Shown: positions 1-13,689 of the stretch, in pieces
Layout of the letters: every line of letters starts with the position of its first letter
How positions within the stretch are numbered: position 1 is the first letter of the stretch
Source of the DNA: Azolla caroliniana
Lineage: Eukaryota; Plantae; Polypodiophyta
Direction of reading: 5' to 3'
Assembly: GCA_043228905.1 (NCBI GenBank)
Contig: JBHGNT010000005.1
Coordinates: 8,494,001 to 8,558,000 of the forward strand
Length of the DNA stretch: 64,000 bases
Made by a program: the position numbers and the translations under genes
The notes under the pieces: model-generated
The model's database searches: none
The model's input: the letters and a program-made list of their open reading frames with translations, nothing else
What the model was told of the DNA's origin: nothing

Positions 1-1028
1 TAGAACTAAAAAATATTATTTCTCTAGTTCCTACAATGTTAGAAGATTGTCATGCACTAGGATCATCAAGCTTATATAGTATATTTAGGATCATTGAACT
101 CCCATTGGAGTTAAAGCATTACAATTAATAGATAGGAAAAACATTGTTTGATAATTTGTAGGCAGTTTTCTATATCATAAACACTCATCTTTGGTCTCTT
201 TTGTTGAAAGAGTAATTTCAAAAGGGATGATTTTGTACATGCGTCAAAACTTACTCTCATTGATACGAATATGAAGCATCCAAGTAGATATGAAGGAATA
301 ATATAAACATGTTATGAACTCATGCATGAAACGAGTCATGCTATATCTATCTTAGTCTTAAGTTTTGGTTAACAAGACTTTATGATGTAAATAATATGCA
401 TGCATCCCATCATCTTGTGGGTCATAAACTCATGTATCTCAATCATTTTGGATTATATAGAGAAGAGCATAGCCTATGAGCTCTATCTAGAGATTATATT
501 GATATGTGATTAGTAATCTAGATTAATATCTAATCACTCTTTGATCTTGCTTAATAGTCTATTCTATAACAAAACAATTGTTAAGAATCTGATTTAGGCT
601 AATACATTTCATAAATCCATTTACACCATAGTAAGTCCATAACCAAGTGGAATGGAAAGATAGTGATAAATGCACAAAACAATAAAATTGATGTCTAGGG
701 AGACGAGAGAGAGGGAGAGGTAATAACAAGAAGATATATTGGCTAGAAAAGTGGCAAAGTCAACACATTGTTATTTCAATTAATACAACAGAAAATAAAA
801 TGACCAAGACCTAGATTGTCTACTTTTTTAATCAGAGTTGGAGGGTTAAAACATAGCATCTGATTAATTGGGGTTTCCAACCAATGGTTATTAGTTACAA
901 AAATTTCCTACCAAAGGACAAACAAAAGGCCAGGAGTTGGAAACTAGCTAATTGTGCTTAAGCATCAATGGATTCATTAAACTACTTAGGTATGTTAGGG
1001 TGAATACAATTGTGTACACTTCTATGAG

Positions 1029-1309
1029 TGTCATGATATGACAAGACTCAAACCCATAACCTTATCTATTGTAATATGTAGGATATTATTTTCATTTAAG
1101 TTTTACTCAAGAAAATTATTGTATATTCCAGATTTCTTTGGAACATTCTAGAAGCTTCAGGACTATTCCTAAGAACACTATAAAAAGAGGCACAAGGCAT
1201 TATTTCGAACCAATTTGGTTCAAACTATCAGGAATAATATTAAAATAGAGAGAATTAGTATTAGAGAAGGGAAGTACTATTAGTACTAAGAGGATAGACT
1301 GCGTAAGAC

Positions 1310-1368
<59 letters not shown>

Positions 1369-1402
1369 ATGATAACAAATGATATAGTATGTGATCCTGA
1401 CA
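1029..1402 (+). mobile_element. Solo LTR (probably chromovirus-type Gypsy)
   Basis: TGTCA...TGACA termini, flanks ATGAG/ATGGG (4/5 TSD), TATA (ctataaaa ~1178), gaacattctagaa motif shared with the LTR at 37235-37526. Confidence 0.6.
1314..1363. repeat. (GA)n microsatellite inside the solo LTR
   Basis: About 25 GA units read directly. Confidence 0.95.
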
Positions 1403-2027
1403 ATGGGTGCTAGAAAAGTGACCTTGTGCTATTATTATGGGGTCCAAGAGATTTATTCTAGAAGGATCCATTTGCATTGGGTTGTAAATACTTCCTAAAG
1501 CTAGGTTGACATATTATTCTTAATAAGAATCATAAGCATTTTGTTATGAAAAATTATTGGAATGCTCAAGGGATTGCTAATCATTTCTTGAAGAATTTTT
1601 GGGATTAGATTATGAATAGGTCAATTGCACAAAGAATTACAACTTTTCAATGGTTGTTATGCGGATACATCATGCTTATGTAGGTTGTCTAAATGTCAAC
1701 CATAAGGATCTATACGACACTATTTTTGAGAGTATACAATGGTCAAAAAGTTTTTGATTACGTTTTTGTGATTTTTATTATTGCAAGGTTGATGGGCTTC
1801 GTTGCATGGGGCAATGTGGTCCAAAGTTCATTTCATAATTCCATTTCTTCTTATGAGATGCACTCCAATCATGCTTTTGAAATCAACAAATCAAATGTTA
1901 GCAATTTTGCAAGATTTGATGTTGGCTTACATGTCAGGATTGATTGGTTCCAAGTGTTGTATGACCTCTACGTAAAACTAGGGGTGTGCACAATCTTTCA
2001 AGGTCAAATCATGCATGTTGAATATGT

Positions 2028-2191
2028 TAGTATTCTTATACATACGGATTTTGGAATATTACTACAAATAGCTTTTAGAAATCTCTGGACTTCTATTAAG
2101 TTCTTTTAAAGCTAAATACGATAGTATTCTTATACACATGGATTTTGGAATATTATTACGAATAGCTTTTTGAAAGCTCTGGACTTCTATT
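2028..2191. repeat. Direct duplication of ~70 bp (94-bp period)
   Basis: tagtattcttataca...ctctggacttctatt occurs at 2028 and 2122. Confidence 0.85.
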
Positions 2192-2499
2192 CTAGTTTTT
2201 CAGTTGGAAGATTGTAGTATTATCTACAAATTCTCTCTCCCTTGTTGGTTGTTTTTTTGCTACTTTGGATGTATATAGTGTCATCTCCTTAGCTCGCTTA
2301 AGGGAAAAATATATGGTCCGTTGGTCTTTGAGTTTTAAATGATGGTTTTGGAAGTTTTTTGGTTTCCTTTCCATCACTTGCATGTTTATAGCCAATTTGG
2401 CGTTTCTTACCTATTGGAAGGATATCCATTTTGGGAAAAACAGTGTACACTTCCAATCTCCCACAAGACGGGCAAGTTGCATATAAAACACCCTAGTGA

Positions 2500-3200
2500 T
2501 ATGCAATAGTAACGAAATTGGTTCATGGGTACAAACTTTACTGCTTCATTCATAATGTTATTAAATGTATGCACCTTTAATAGAGTGATATTGTTCTTCT
2601 CCATGCAATCTTGATATAGTGGTGACACAATTCAATATGTTTCATCTTTGCATGAGAGACTTGTTTTTTTGTAGTTTGATTGCTCTCTAGTTGTTGTGGA
2701 TAGTCATAGATCAACAAAGTATTCCCAAACGAAATGCCATACTTAAAGCCACAAAGCTTCCTAATGCAATTCAGTGGGTGCAACATGGTTTGCTTTTGTG
2801 GTTGAAATGATTGTGCAAACATGTGGTCTTGATCTCTAGATATATTTTACACTATGAATCGGAAAACATAGTTGGAGATCAATTTTTGATTGTCCACGCA
2901 TATTATATGGCCAGTGCCTATGACTATAACTATGGTTGCTTCAACTACTATAAGGCAAACCTTGGTCTTTGGTTCCACTCAAGTGCTTTGTAATGGTTTT
3001 CATTACTACCCAATGCATCTTACCTTGGTTGCACATGAGTATGCAAACATTCCTATTGCAAAAGTGATAGAGGGTCTAGCGCTCATCATGGCTTACATCA
3101 TATGTCCAACAACAAATATGGAATGCTTCACACTTGTTTCTTGGTAGATTTGGATCCCAAGAAATCCTCCTTGCTCAAACGTAGACACACTAATAATGAC
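2500..3200 (-). pseudogene. Decayed Ty1/Copia RT-RNase H fragment
   Basis: HAKMKHIELCHHYIK resembles the Copia RNase H motif HxRTKHIxxxxHFIR, followed by ITLLKVHT. Boundaries approximate. Confidence 0.5.
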
Positions 3201-5605
3201 ATGCCAAGTGGGTTCTACCATCCATACTAAGTCAGTCCAGGCCTTTCTACCCATTGTGTGTTATTCACAATAGTTAAAACATAACACCAATATTGAGACC
3301 ACAGACTCCATGGAATGAACTTTATCATTACAAGAAAAAACATGCCATGTTAGAGTCATGTTTGTAATGATTCTCATATATCTTCATTGATGCAACATGC
3401 TAACACGATACCCTTTCCCCCTTATAATCAATGTTTTTGAGATTCTACGAAGAAACTAGAAGATATGGCATGTTAATCCGTGAGCCTCATGATTGCACTA
3501 TGTTTCCACATGACGTTAATATTAAGCGTTGATGCAATTTAGTTGAGAAATATATTGTGTACAATAATTTTTATATTTATGTATGACTCACATGACACAA
3601 TCACCAAAATTACTTCCATTGAGCGTTCTGTAGCATTAGCTATTGTTGGTTATACACAACACTAATTTAACATGTACATAGAAGAAAGTTTTATGACTTT
3701 CGAAATCAAAAGTCTATGGGAGTTCTATAGGAGCTCTAGAATACCCTTCAATCAATTTGGAAATTTTAAGCAATGTTAAAGTAGAAATCATAGTCCTTGA
3801 GTGTATTAATATTCCTTGAATATTCAAGCAATTGGAACTTTTGCGATGTTTCAAAAATGGCTTAGAAACATGATCATTCATAAGCTAGCCTCTAAATTTT
3901 CTAAGATTTGAAATATTGAGATGGTATTTAATTAATCTAGAAGTTCCATATAAATGTCCTCATATTGTCACGTTTTCTAAAAGTATTCATCTTATGCAAG
4001 CACATAGAATGACATAAGAATGTTTGGGCTCAAAATTTTGGATGATATTAACCTAGCACTTAAAATCTTAAGGAAATTTCGGGTCCAAATTTAGGTTAGT
4101 AAGAAATTTATGTCATCAATACAATTCTCCATTGATATTGGGTTTTGGTGGATATTACCAAAGTTCTATCATGCGATTATCTATCTATAATTAGAAAAAT
4201 ATTCAAGAGAGGATTCCAGAACACCAACATGGGGTTGATTTGGACTTGTCTTAAAGTTATGACCATTTCCATAAAAGCATATCCAAAGTTAGTGCCATAA
4301 AAGGCTCTTTCTCATTGGTTGAGAGAGAATCAAGTACACAAATTCCAAATACTTAAATTTGGCTTAAGATTGTGCTGAAAAGTTTCTGAATTTCTTCATG
4401 CAAATTTTTTTTTAGATTGTTAAACTAATGATGTGACCTCGATCAGCATGCCAAAAAAATGGTGAACCTATGACATGCTTTAACATGGTGGAACCTTGTA
4501 AAAGACATGAAGCTAGCATCTTTGAGAAAGCTCTAGGCTCGAAAGTTCAATATGAGAAGACAACATTCTATGAAATAATTGGAAGCTACATGCATGTCCT
4601 TAAATTGGGAAGCTATTTCAAAGTTTCAAGAATGTCCTAGAAACATTTAGTTTACTTAGCTTCTGGAATGTTATTTTTAGTTCATTTTTAGAAGAGTTTT
4701 GCCAAACATGGAGGATTGTATTGCGATTGGATAAGTGAAAATACATATGCTATTATGCCATGCTTCTTATAATAATGCTTAAGCTTTTTAAAAAATATGT
4801 TTATAGTTATGTTGCAACGTACATTTTAGTGAGGATCCAAGCTTACGTCAGGATATAGTAATGTGGATTGGTCAAGATAATAGGGTAAATACATTCCATA
4901 TGATATGCTTTGATCTACATCTCTTCAAAATGGATTAAATTAGTGATATCCTACTTATGTTTGGGAAATGATTATTTACTAATGTTTGTGAACGAGGGAG
5001 GTCATCATTTTTCTTAACATGAGTAGCCATGGTTATACAACATAATGACTTATCGTGCCTTGGCCTCTTTCCCTTATTATGGGAAAATAGAAGTCGAAGG
5101 GAAATGTTAGTTTCTCATGAGCTTGTATATGTGGAACATTGTCATGGGAACTTAACATTTCAAAGGAATCAAAGTTGATGGGAAATGTTAAGTTCCCATG
5201 ATGAGGTTCTTGGACTAATGTGCAAAAGACAAGAAGATTAATAGGCTCATAGATAGTAGAAGCTAGAAACCTATGTAGTAGTACAATATACTATCACGTT
5301 CGTAAAATGTGTGGAAGGAACTTCCATGAGGATACTCATTGCAAGTGAAAGTTACTAATCCACCATCCACAAAATGTTTGTACAAGGGTGAATGCTAAAA
5401 GAGAAAAGTGCACAAGCTTTGTTGTAGTGTTATTGGGCACGTTCTTACCTTTCAAATTGGTGCTTCCTAATCATTTGTTCTCCAAGCCTCCCGATTGTGA
5501 GGTGAGATTTATTCACCCAACAATGTGTACCTCACACTATATTTGCATTTAACCATAAATTCTCATCAGTTGGTACATCCATTTTTCACCCTCTTTACAT
5601 TACAC

Positions 5606-5855
5606 CCTTATGTTAACCCACTCAAATTACTATGTCCCAAAAATGTGTTGATAGCGACATTGTGTTTAGTGTATCATAATCAAAACTATGCCTTATGTTA
5701 ACCCACTCTAATTACTATGTCCCAAAAATGTGTTGATAGCGACATTGTGTTTAGTGTATCATAATCAAAGCTATGCCTTATGTTAACCCACTCGAATTAC
5801 TATGTCCCAAAAATGTGTTGATAGTGACATTGTGTTTAGTGTATCATAATCAAAC
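5606..5855. repeat. 85-bp tandem repeat, ~3 copies
   Basis: ccttatgttaacccact... starts at 5606, 5691 and 5776. Confidence 0.95.
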
Positions 5856-6347
5856 CCATAGTTGTTTGAGAGAAAAGAGCTCCATAAAACTTGCAGTTGC
5901 AAACTCTTAGAATAAATCACCTTTGATATTAATCTTTTTAGGATAATGCAAGTTTCTAGAAATCGCAGAAGAGAAAAAACATTAAATTGTGTTACTCTTT
6001 CAATCAACTTGTGGTCAAAAACTCATTTTTCCAACTCTCCTAAGTTTTGGAGGTTGAACATTGCAACCTATAACTTAAATATGACCTAGAACCCCAAAAA
6101 CAATGATCCTTCTGCCTAGAACAAATATCCCCTATATTCAAATAATTCGGATAGAAAAGGTTTTAAATCGATGATCTTGTTTTCATGAGGGCAAGCATAT
6201 CACAAATCTTATGATGTGTGTGTTGTGGGTTGGGAGCTTAGTTGAACTTATTTCGAAAGCTATTGCAACGGAAAGTCAATATGGCACTAAATTGATATTT
6301 GGATAATTCCTTGTGTACAAAACGATATGTGATCTTCTATAATAGAT

Positions 6348-6549
6348 GCACATGAAAATTAGCATATAGTTCTACATATATGCTATGACACGAGATTAGT
6401 CAAGGAACACTGAATCTTGACAAATGGGCATGACAATGATAACATAAACGGCACATGAAATTATCATATATCTTCTACATACTTGCTGCAACACGAGATT
6501 ACTCAAGGAGCACTCGATCTTGAGAAATGGGCATGACAATGATAACATA
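6348..6549. repeat. 103-bp imperfect tandem duplication
   Basis: gcacatgaaa...gggcatgacaatgataacata at 6348 and 6451. Confidence 0.85.
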
Positions 6550-9500
6550 CACGACAATATGTTTTCGCATGGATTGGGCTAGCTAGACTTAGGTAATAGG
6601 GACTCCCAATAGTATATGAGAAATATGGTATTACTTGAGGATCCATTTTTCTTTTTTCTTTCCCCAAGTCATGAAAAATAGGGTTGGATAGGGCACAAAC
6701 TCAATTAGTAATTAATTTATGAAAATATGTTCTGCCAATGATGTTTTTATGAATTTATCTATGAGAATATGTATAGTATTCATACATACCTCTTCAATTT
6801 TTGCTTGAAGCTTGCGTTTTGGTTTGTGTAATCCAAACTCGAGAATAGTTGTTTATAGCGTTAATCTAGCATGTCCATATACACAATATTATACATAAGT
6901 ATAAGAAAATGGTGATTTTGTAATCTCAATGTGACAAGTAATTACTTTGATGCATCAAAACATTCGTTCTAATATTCTTTCACGTATGCATGCATGTATG
7001 TATGTATACACATATTACCTGATGTTTGTATGTGCATACATATATTGTTAAGGATAGAAAAACTTTGTGTGTGAAAAATCGATGAGTTGCATATTGCCAT
7101 TAGAGCTTCAACTAGAGTGCGATGCGATTCCATGCGCTCCATTGAACCCACTGCACATTTAGCCAGCTTCGAGAAACTCATGTTTAATTTCTTGAAGATT
7201 AAAAGGTCGGGATCATGTGCCCCATAATTGCCATCCATGTGTTGATTTACATGACCAACGCGTATGGATGTCATTCATCTCTAACCTTTGTGATTAAACA
7301 ACATGTGTTTTGAGTCTCAACTTGATTTATAAACTCGAGATCGTTTCATCGGTACATGCCAATATTTTCAAACTTCCTTCGGTAGTATATAAAGTTGGAT
7401 TGGCAAATGCTCACAAGCTGATCAATAGAGAAAGACATGTTTTCTCATTAATATGTCCCGGAGCTATAGAAAAATCAGAGCCTTCATTGAAAGATTGGGG
7501 TAGAATGAAAGAGTTAAAGAGTGTTTAACTTGATTTGTAGGAGATTTGGAGAAGGCAAGAAACTACATAAAACACATTTGGAGAAGGCAGAATGCACTAT
7601 ATATATATATAGATATATTACACGCTTTGAAACTAGGATATTAGGTAGGTATAATGATAACAACCACATTGCAGGAGGAGACTAGTACACTATAAGAATC
7701 CCGCTTTAATTAAGCTGATGATCGTACTACCATTTCGAGAGATGTTGCGGAGCAATGAGGTAGCTAAGCTAATTATTGGCATGTACGGCCATGGATGACC
7801 TTGAAGAGATAGACGACGATGAAGGGCAAATTGGGTGGAATTGAATATCTAACCATAAGTCCTATGATGACAATGAGATAATCTATGAGCACTAAAGACG
7901 GGGCTAGCCATGTTGTTCAATTGTGAGAGAAAAATCCAACAATAACAACAAATGGGTCCCCCCAACAATATACATTCAATTCTCTTCACTTGCACGATTT
8001 GAGAGCTTCTATCTTGTTGGTATCTTTTGAGTAAAAGGTTCTTTGGTTGATTTTAGGGTTATAATATGCACTTAATACCTCCTCTCCTCACCTCTTCCGA
8101 AATTATGTTCTTTACCATCGAAATTCTCAACTAAAAAGAGGGCACCGTGGATTTTTTTCGATTTGTGCCGTATTTGTTGAGATGCTTACTTACCATGTGT
8201 CCCCCCCCCCCCCCCCCCCCAATATATATATATGTATTGGCCTTTTCAAGGAGTTGTCACTCTTATGTCATCTCAAATAGAGCGAACCAAATGTGCGCAT
8301 TTGCAATATTTATATTATTGTATGCACATGATCAAGAGCCAACCACCCCACACCCACTCATCCAATTCTCCCTCCCACCTTGGCTTTCCAATGTATCCAC
8401 CCAACATACTACCAACTCACCCACCCTACTCCATCCTCAAGATGTGGAGCATGTGGCCATCATCACATCACCCGGTGAACTCTTTAAAACACTTGTTTGC
8501 ATTCGAATGATTACCGTGTGTACTCCTAGCCATAAGTTTTTCAGCTTGAACAATTTAACCCTTTTTTGTGACGATGGTCATTTCCTTTGCCACAATTTTT
8601 ACAAGAAGCCAATGAGTCGCAAAAAGGCTCGGGTTCATTGCTGGGATAGAAAAATATTATACGACCTTTGTATTTTCTACCACGCGTGTTTTGGTTGAAA
8701 GGCTCCAACAAAATCACAAGACAAATTAGATTTGCACCACTAAAATATGTCTCTACATGACCATCATACCGATCCATGATAATTTCTCGGCTAATCTGTT
8801 TTTGTTTGACCTCCTCACCGTAACAACTAGATTTCTATCTGAGCACATTTATAACAAACACAATTCTTCACCATTGGTTGCATATATTACCACACCTAAA
8901 TAAGCCTAGCATTGATTAAGAAAGCATGAACTTCAGTAATTTTTATCTGGATGTGACCGGATATGCCTGACTGATTGGATGATTTCTTTGTAAAATTGAA
9001 AAGTATTGAGGATCAAACCGGTTCATATAAAACTATACATGCTACGCATGTATTGGAAAACATTGCTATTGCAAGAGGTTTGAACATAATTTTTTCTCCA
9101 ACAACATAGTGCACCTACTTGGTCCAATGAGCCCAAACTAAAAACATAATTTAGATCTGCATCTAGGAGATTTCAACAATTACCTGCGATTGAGAATTTT
9201 AGTGTCGAGAATGTACTAGCGTGACAATGGAAGGATTGAATCTCAAATAGACTACTGAATAAATTATGATGTTATCGTATATTATTCTATATCGATTTAA
9301 ACCAGTTATGCAAAGTTTGGTACATGGCAAAGAGCTACTAATGCTCTTGACAACCACCTCGATGTTCCAAATATATATGAATTGTGAGTAGGCTAAATAG
9401 AGTTATAGCCACCAACTTAAATTCTACTAATTAAGAAGTTGGCATGTTATCTTTACATTAAAACTTTCCACTTAAGCTAAAAACATAGTTTGAGTAGATG

Positions 9501-11194
9501 GATAATACCGTTGAAATTGGACTATGTATCACTAATATTCGTTTTGTTAATTCAACTTGTCATGTAGCTTATTTCGATTGAGGTAAAGTTATGCAGCATG
9601 GTATCTATCCTTGATATATAGAAAGGAAACCCTTCAAGATGTGTCATCCACAATGATAAGGCAATAAATACATATAAATTATAATTTGTGATCATTGAAG
9701 ATAGAGATGTAGTACCAAAGAGTATCCTTGATTTAGAACAATTCACCCTTTTAGAAAAATCATCACTTATGACAAAGGTTCAACTAAAGTGTTCATGGTA
9801 CTAAGACTTCACCTGATTGTTTATCACATTTCTTGAACCAAGACTCGTGGTCGATCAATAATTGTTTCAATATTTTGTGTGATAACAAATGTTATAGATG
9901 GAAATGGATAGATTGACACTCTTTGTGTAATTAATATGTATAGTAGCTTGGTACATTTAACCAATTGCAAGTAATAAAGAAATTAATGTAAGGAGATAGT
10001 AGTTATGGGACTTTAGAGCGTGAATTGTGTTTTATCATTCATTCCACGTTATGGGATGGCTTGCAATCATTCTTAATATAATCATTCCTCGTTAGAACAT
10101 GACATGTATGTCAAGTTATAAAGAGTATGGACCGGTGGCTCCATGGTGATATGTATCCAATATGAGGCAAGGCTTAAGTTGGTGCATACCCAAAAGTTAT
10201 ATGTACCTCATTAATATGTGTCTTTCAATATCATTTAATAAGTATGCTCATTCTATACAAATCCTTATGGAATTTGGCTTTGATAGAGGAACACTTTAAT
10301 AGCATTATAGTGTTTGCCACCATAATGGCTTTATCTATCTGATTTCCCATCTCTTTTTATGGGAGAATCTCTATTGTTGTAGTAGTGTTCTATAAAAATT
10401 TGTTCGCACAAGCTTTGTTTATAGAAGCCTAGATTGAAATGTGACACGTAAAGATGTTTTCCATAACATTCTTACACTCATGTATTCGTACAATCATTGT
10501 TAATTCATCAATCTATTTGCAAACAAGCGGTAATATTGCTATGTGCATAAGTATAAGGATATCATTATAAAAAACATGGATAAATGCCATTAATCTTTAT
10601 ATTTGAATCCATGATGTATGAATAACTAAGATAATCTAATGTGTGTTTTTAGGAATGTGGCATGAAAGGTGCTGAAGGCTAGAATTACCATGCTCACTCA
10701 ATGATAATACAATCGTAAAATAAAGGTGATTTATAGGCCCTACACAAGTCCTTGCTTGCCTAGTGCTCATGGTCGAAAATGTAAGCATTAAATATATGAA
10801 ATAGAAAAGAAATCACCATATAGCAAGAATCCCTCACGTTACATACAAATTATATATGGATTGAAGAATATCCCCCCATGACACAATTCCGTCCCGGTAA
10901 GACACAAGAATCAAGGAATTCTGATGACCATTCGGACCATAGAACATAATATCTACATTCTTTTTCATACGTTTTCAAATGAATGTGTATGTTATGTAAT
11001 ATGAAATTTAAACATAATTATATTTTTTTGACGCTTAATTTTTTTTTTCGCACTTCTTTACCTTAAAAAAAGTTTTACCTTATAATAAATAATGAATACA
11101 AAGTATGGGATGTACCATGCTTCAAGGGTGTTTACCATGCGAGAATGATCAAAACATACTCGAATGCGAATGCACGTATGGTATGTATGGTTCA

Positions 11195-11698
11195 TGTGCG
11201 GAATAGACACTCGGCCACAACCGAGTTGAACACTCAATGGAAGATCTAAACAAAAAATGGAGACTAATACACTTACACAGACAACATAGAGGACACAGGA
11301 TGTTTACGTGGAAAACCCTAAATGGGAAAAACCATGGGAGCCCACAGACTCCAACTATCAATATGAGAAGAAGGGTACAAGGAGATACTCAAAGGCAACA
11401 ACCTCGAGCTCTATAGTTTCGCCAACTGGCGATTACAACAGAACGACTTTTTGTATCTCTCCCTCCCTCCCTCTCTCTGCAACCTCTGTACAACAATATA
11501 TCGACACACACATAAAGTGATTGCCCTAAGTCATATTTATACTTATATGACTTTAGGACTATTTACAAATGTGGCCATGACAGGCACACTAGAAACATAT
11601 TTATAGATATGTCCCTGGATCTGGTTCATCTAGATACCTTCCGGATCCGTCTGAACCGTCTCATCCAAATCCCTTCCGGAGGAACTGAATTCCCAACA
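11195..11698 (-). repeat. 3' LTR of the outer Copia (LTR-A)
   Basis: TG...CCCAACA termini; aligns along its length with 37623-38131; adjoins the reverse-complemented PPT. Confidence 0.9.
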
Positions 11699-11710
11699 AG
11701 CTCCCCCCTT
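11699..11710 (-). promoter_or_regulatory. Polypurine tract of the outer Copia
   Basis: Minus strand reads AAGGGGGGAGCT immediately before the TGTTGGGAA LTR start. Confidence 0.85.
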
Positions 11711-13217
11711 CACTCCGGCATGGGATGTCTTGTCAATCCGATCCGTCTCCTGTGTAAGTCCAACTTGTCGGCTGACATCACCTTGGTCAGCATGTTCGAC
11801 CCGTTCTCCTCTTTGTGGATCTTCAACAACGCGAAGTCTTGATTTTCTACTCTCTCTCCTAGAGCAAGTGGCATCTATGTTGGATGTGCTTCGTCCTGGA
11901 GTGGTACACTGTGTTCTTTGCAAGGTGAATGGCACTTTGACTGTCGCAGTAGAGCCGGAATTCCTCTTGCCGGATCCTTAGCTCTCTGATGAAGTCCTTC
12001 ATCCAGATTACCTCTTTACCAGCTTTTACAACCGCCATGTACTCAACTTTCGTTGTTGATAGTGCAACGGACTTCTGCAGCCTCGACTGCCACGATACGG
12101 CTCCCCCTGCATAAGGCATGACATATCCAGACATAGATCGACTGGTATCTGCATCAGCTTATATATCTGAATCCGTGAATCCTTCAAGTTGGGGTTTTCC
12201 TAAGCCGAATCGGAGGCACATACTCAAGGTGCCTTTCAGGTACCAAAGTATCCACTTTACCACAATCTAGTATTCTCTTCCCGGATTGCTCATGAATCGA
12301 TTGACCACTCTGACAACATATCTGATATTTGGTTGGGTACACACCATTGTGTACATCAAGCTCCCAACGGCGGAGGCATATGGTCTCTTCATCATCTCTG
12401 ACTTCTCTGCCTTTGTCTTCGGACTTTGCTTTCCAAACGACTTGCAATTTATCGGGAGTGTCGATCGAACCAGCTTGGCATCCGACATGTTGAACCGTTG
12501 AAGCACCTTTGTCATGTACTTTTCCTGTGACAGCCACGACAGCTTCTTTGACCAGTCCTGGACTATGTGCATCCCTACGATCTGTCTCGCCGGACCCATA
12601 TCTTTCATTATGAATGACTTGCTCAAATCCTTCTTTAGCATTCCGATTTTGATACGGTCCTGTCCGACGATCAACATGTCGTTCACATATAGCAGGAGTA
12701 TCAGGAAGTCTCCTCCGTCGAAATTCTTCACAAATACACAGTGATCAACCTGTGTCTTGTGGTATCCTTGATCGGTCGTGAAAGACTCAAACTTCCAGTA
12801 CCATTGCCGGGGAGCTTGCTTCAGTCCGTATAAGCTCTTCTTCAACCAACATACTAGCTGATCCCTCTCTTTCTTGACGAATCCTTCTGGTTGTTGCATG
12901 TAGATCTCTTTTTCAAGGTCGCCATGTAGGAACACCATCTTGACATCTAGTTTCTCTACCTAGAGGTTCATGCTTGCCACTATGCTCAACACTGTCTGGA
13001 TGGATGTCATCTTCACTACCGGGGCAAAGATCTCATCGAAGTGCACTCCTTTTCTTCTGTTGGAAGCCCTTCACCATAATGCAGGCTTTGTACCTTGGTG
13101 GATTTCCGGCGTCTCCCGGTTTCAGCTTGTACACCCACTTGTTCCGGAGTGCTCTCTTTCCTTTTGGCAACTCCATCAGTTCGTATGTGTGGTTCTCATG
13201 CAAGTAATCCACCTCAT
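11711..13217 (-). pseudogene. Copia pol: reverse transcriptase + RNase H (disrupted)
   Basis: KWVYKLK, FLHGDLEKEIYMQQPEGF, KSLYGLKQAPRQWY, LLLYVNDM (YVDD decayed), GAVSWQSRLQKSVALSTT, HSRTKHI; split across several frames. Confidence 0.95.
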
Positions 13218-13636
13218 TGTTACCGGCCGGCAAGGAGTCCAAAATACGGAGTGAAGGAATTAATTAAGTATGGTTGTAAATAAGCATAGTGTGGACGGAC
13301 GGACTGGAAACGGTATGCCGTTCCAGATCCGGACGGATCCCGAATAGGTGCGATAGGCACCGTTTTGTACTACGGGCCGGAAACCTATTTAAAGGCCCGG
13401 ACCCCATTGTAATCGCAGCGGATAATTAATAGAGCATATGGTGTTTATACTTGTGTGTTGATTTCCGTTCTGTACTTACTGTTATATCTTACGCGTGTAA
13501 TTAACCAAAGCACTCTAATCGTGTAACCTACGTAAGTCGGTGTAATCGTTGAATCTTAATCCTATGCCGTAATCACCCTTTGGTGAAGTGTCTCCGTGAC
13601 ACCTTGTGTTAGGCCTTGTCCGGTCAGAGAATAACA
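13218..13636 (+). repeat. 5' LTR of the young Gypsy
   Basis: TGTTACC...AATAACA; TATA-like cctatttaaagg ~13384; identical to 22685-23103 except C13595/T23062. Confidence 0.98.
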
Positions 13637-13642
13637 CAGTTT

Positions 13643-13653
13643 TGGCGACCACG
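13643..13653 (+). promoter_or_regulatory. Primer-binding site, probably tRNA-Arg(UCG)
   Basis: TGGCGACCACG 6 nt after the LTR; complementary to the plant tRNA-Arg(UCG) 3' end ...UGUGGUCGCCA as I recall it (10 Watson-Crick pairs + 1 G:U). Confidence 0.7.
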
Positions 13654-13689
13654 ATTCCTGCTTTCTCGTAGCGAACGACGGCTTAATGG

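Larger units (their letters stand above)
1..2030 (+). pseudogene. Heavily decayed L1-type LINE ORF2 (RT 3' half / zf-RVT region)
   Basis: Fragmentary LINE-like peptides only (GGL-type at ~838, ITTFQWLL at ~1636, W/C-rich tail), many stops; interrupted by the solo LTR at 1029-1402. Boundaries approximate. Confidence 0.3.

Noticed and set aside
5606-5855. Regularly spaced repeats as a CRISPR-like array
   Set aside because: The whole 85-bp unit repeats with no unique spacers; eukaryotic context and no cas genes.
6950-11100. Host gene or identifiable DNA transposon (CACTA/hAT/Helitron) in the AT-rich block
   Set aside because: It looks like decayed coding DNA, but I found no unambiguous motif, termini or TSD; ORF 8147-8698 is carried by a poly-C run.
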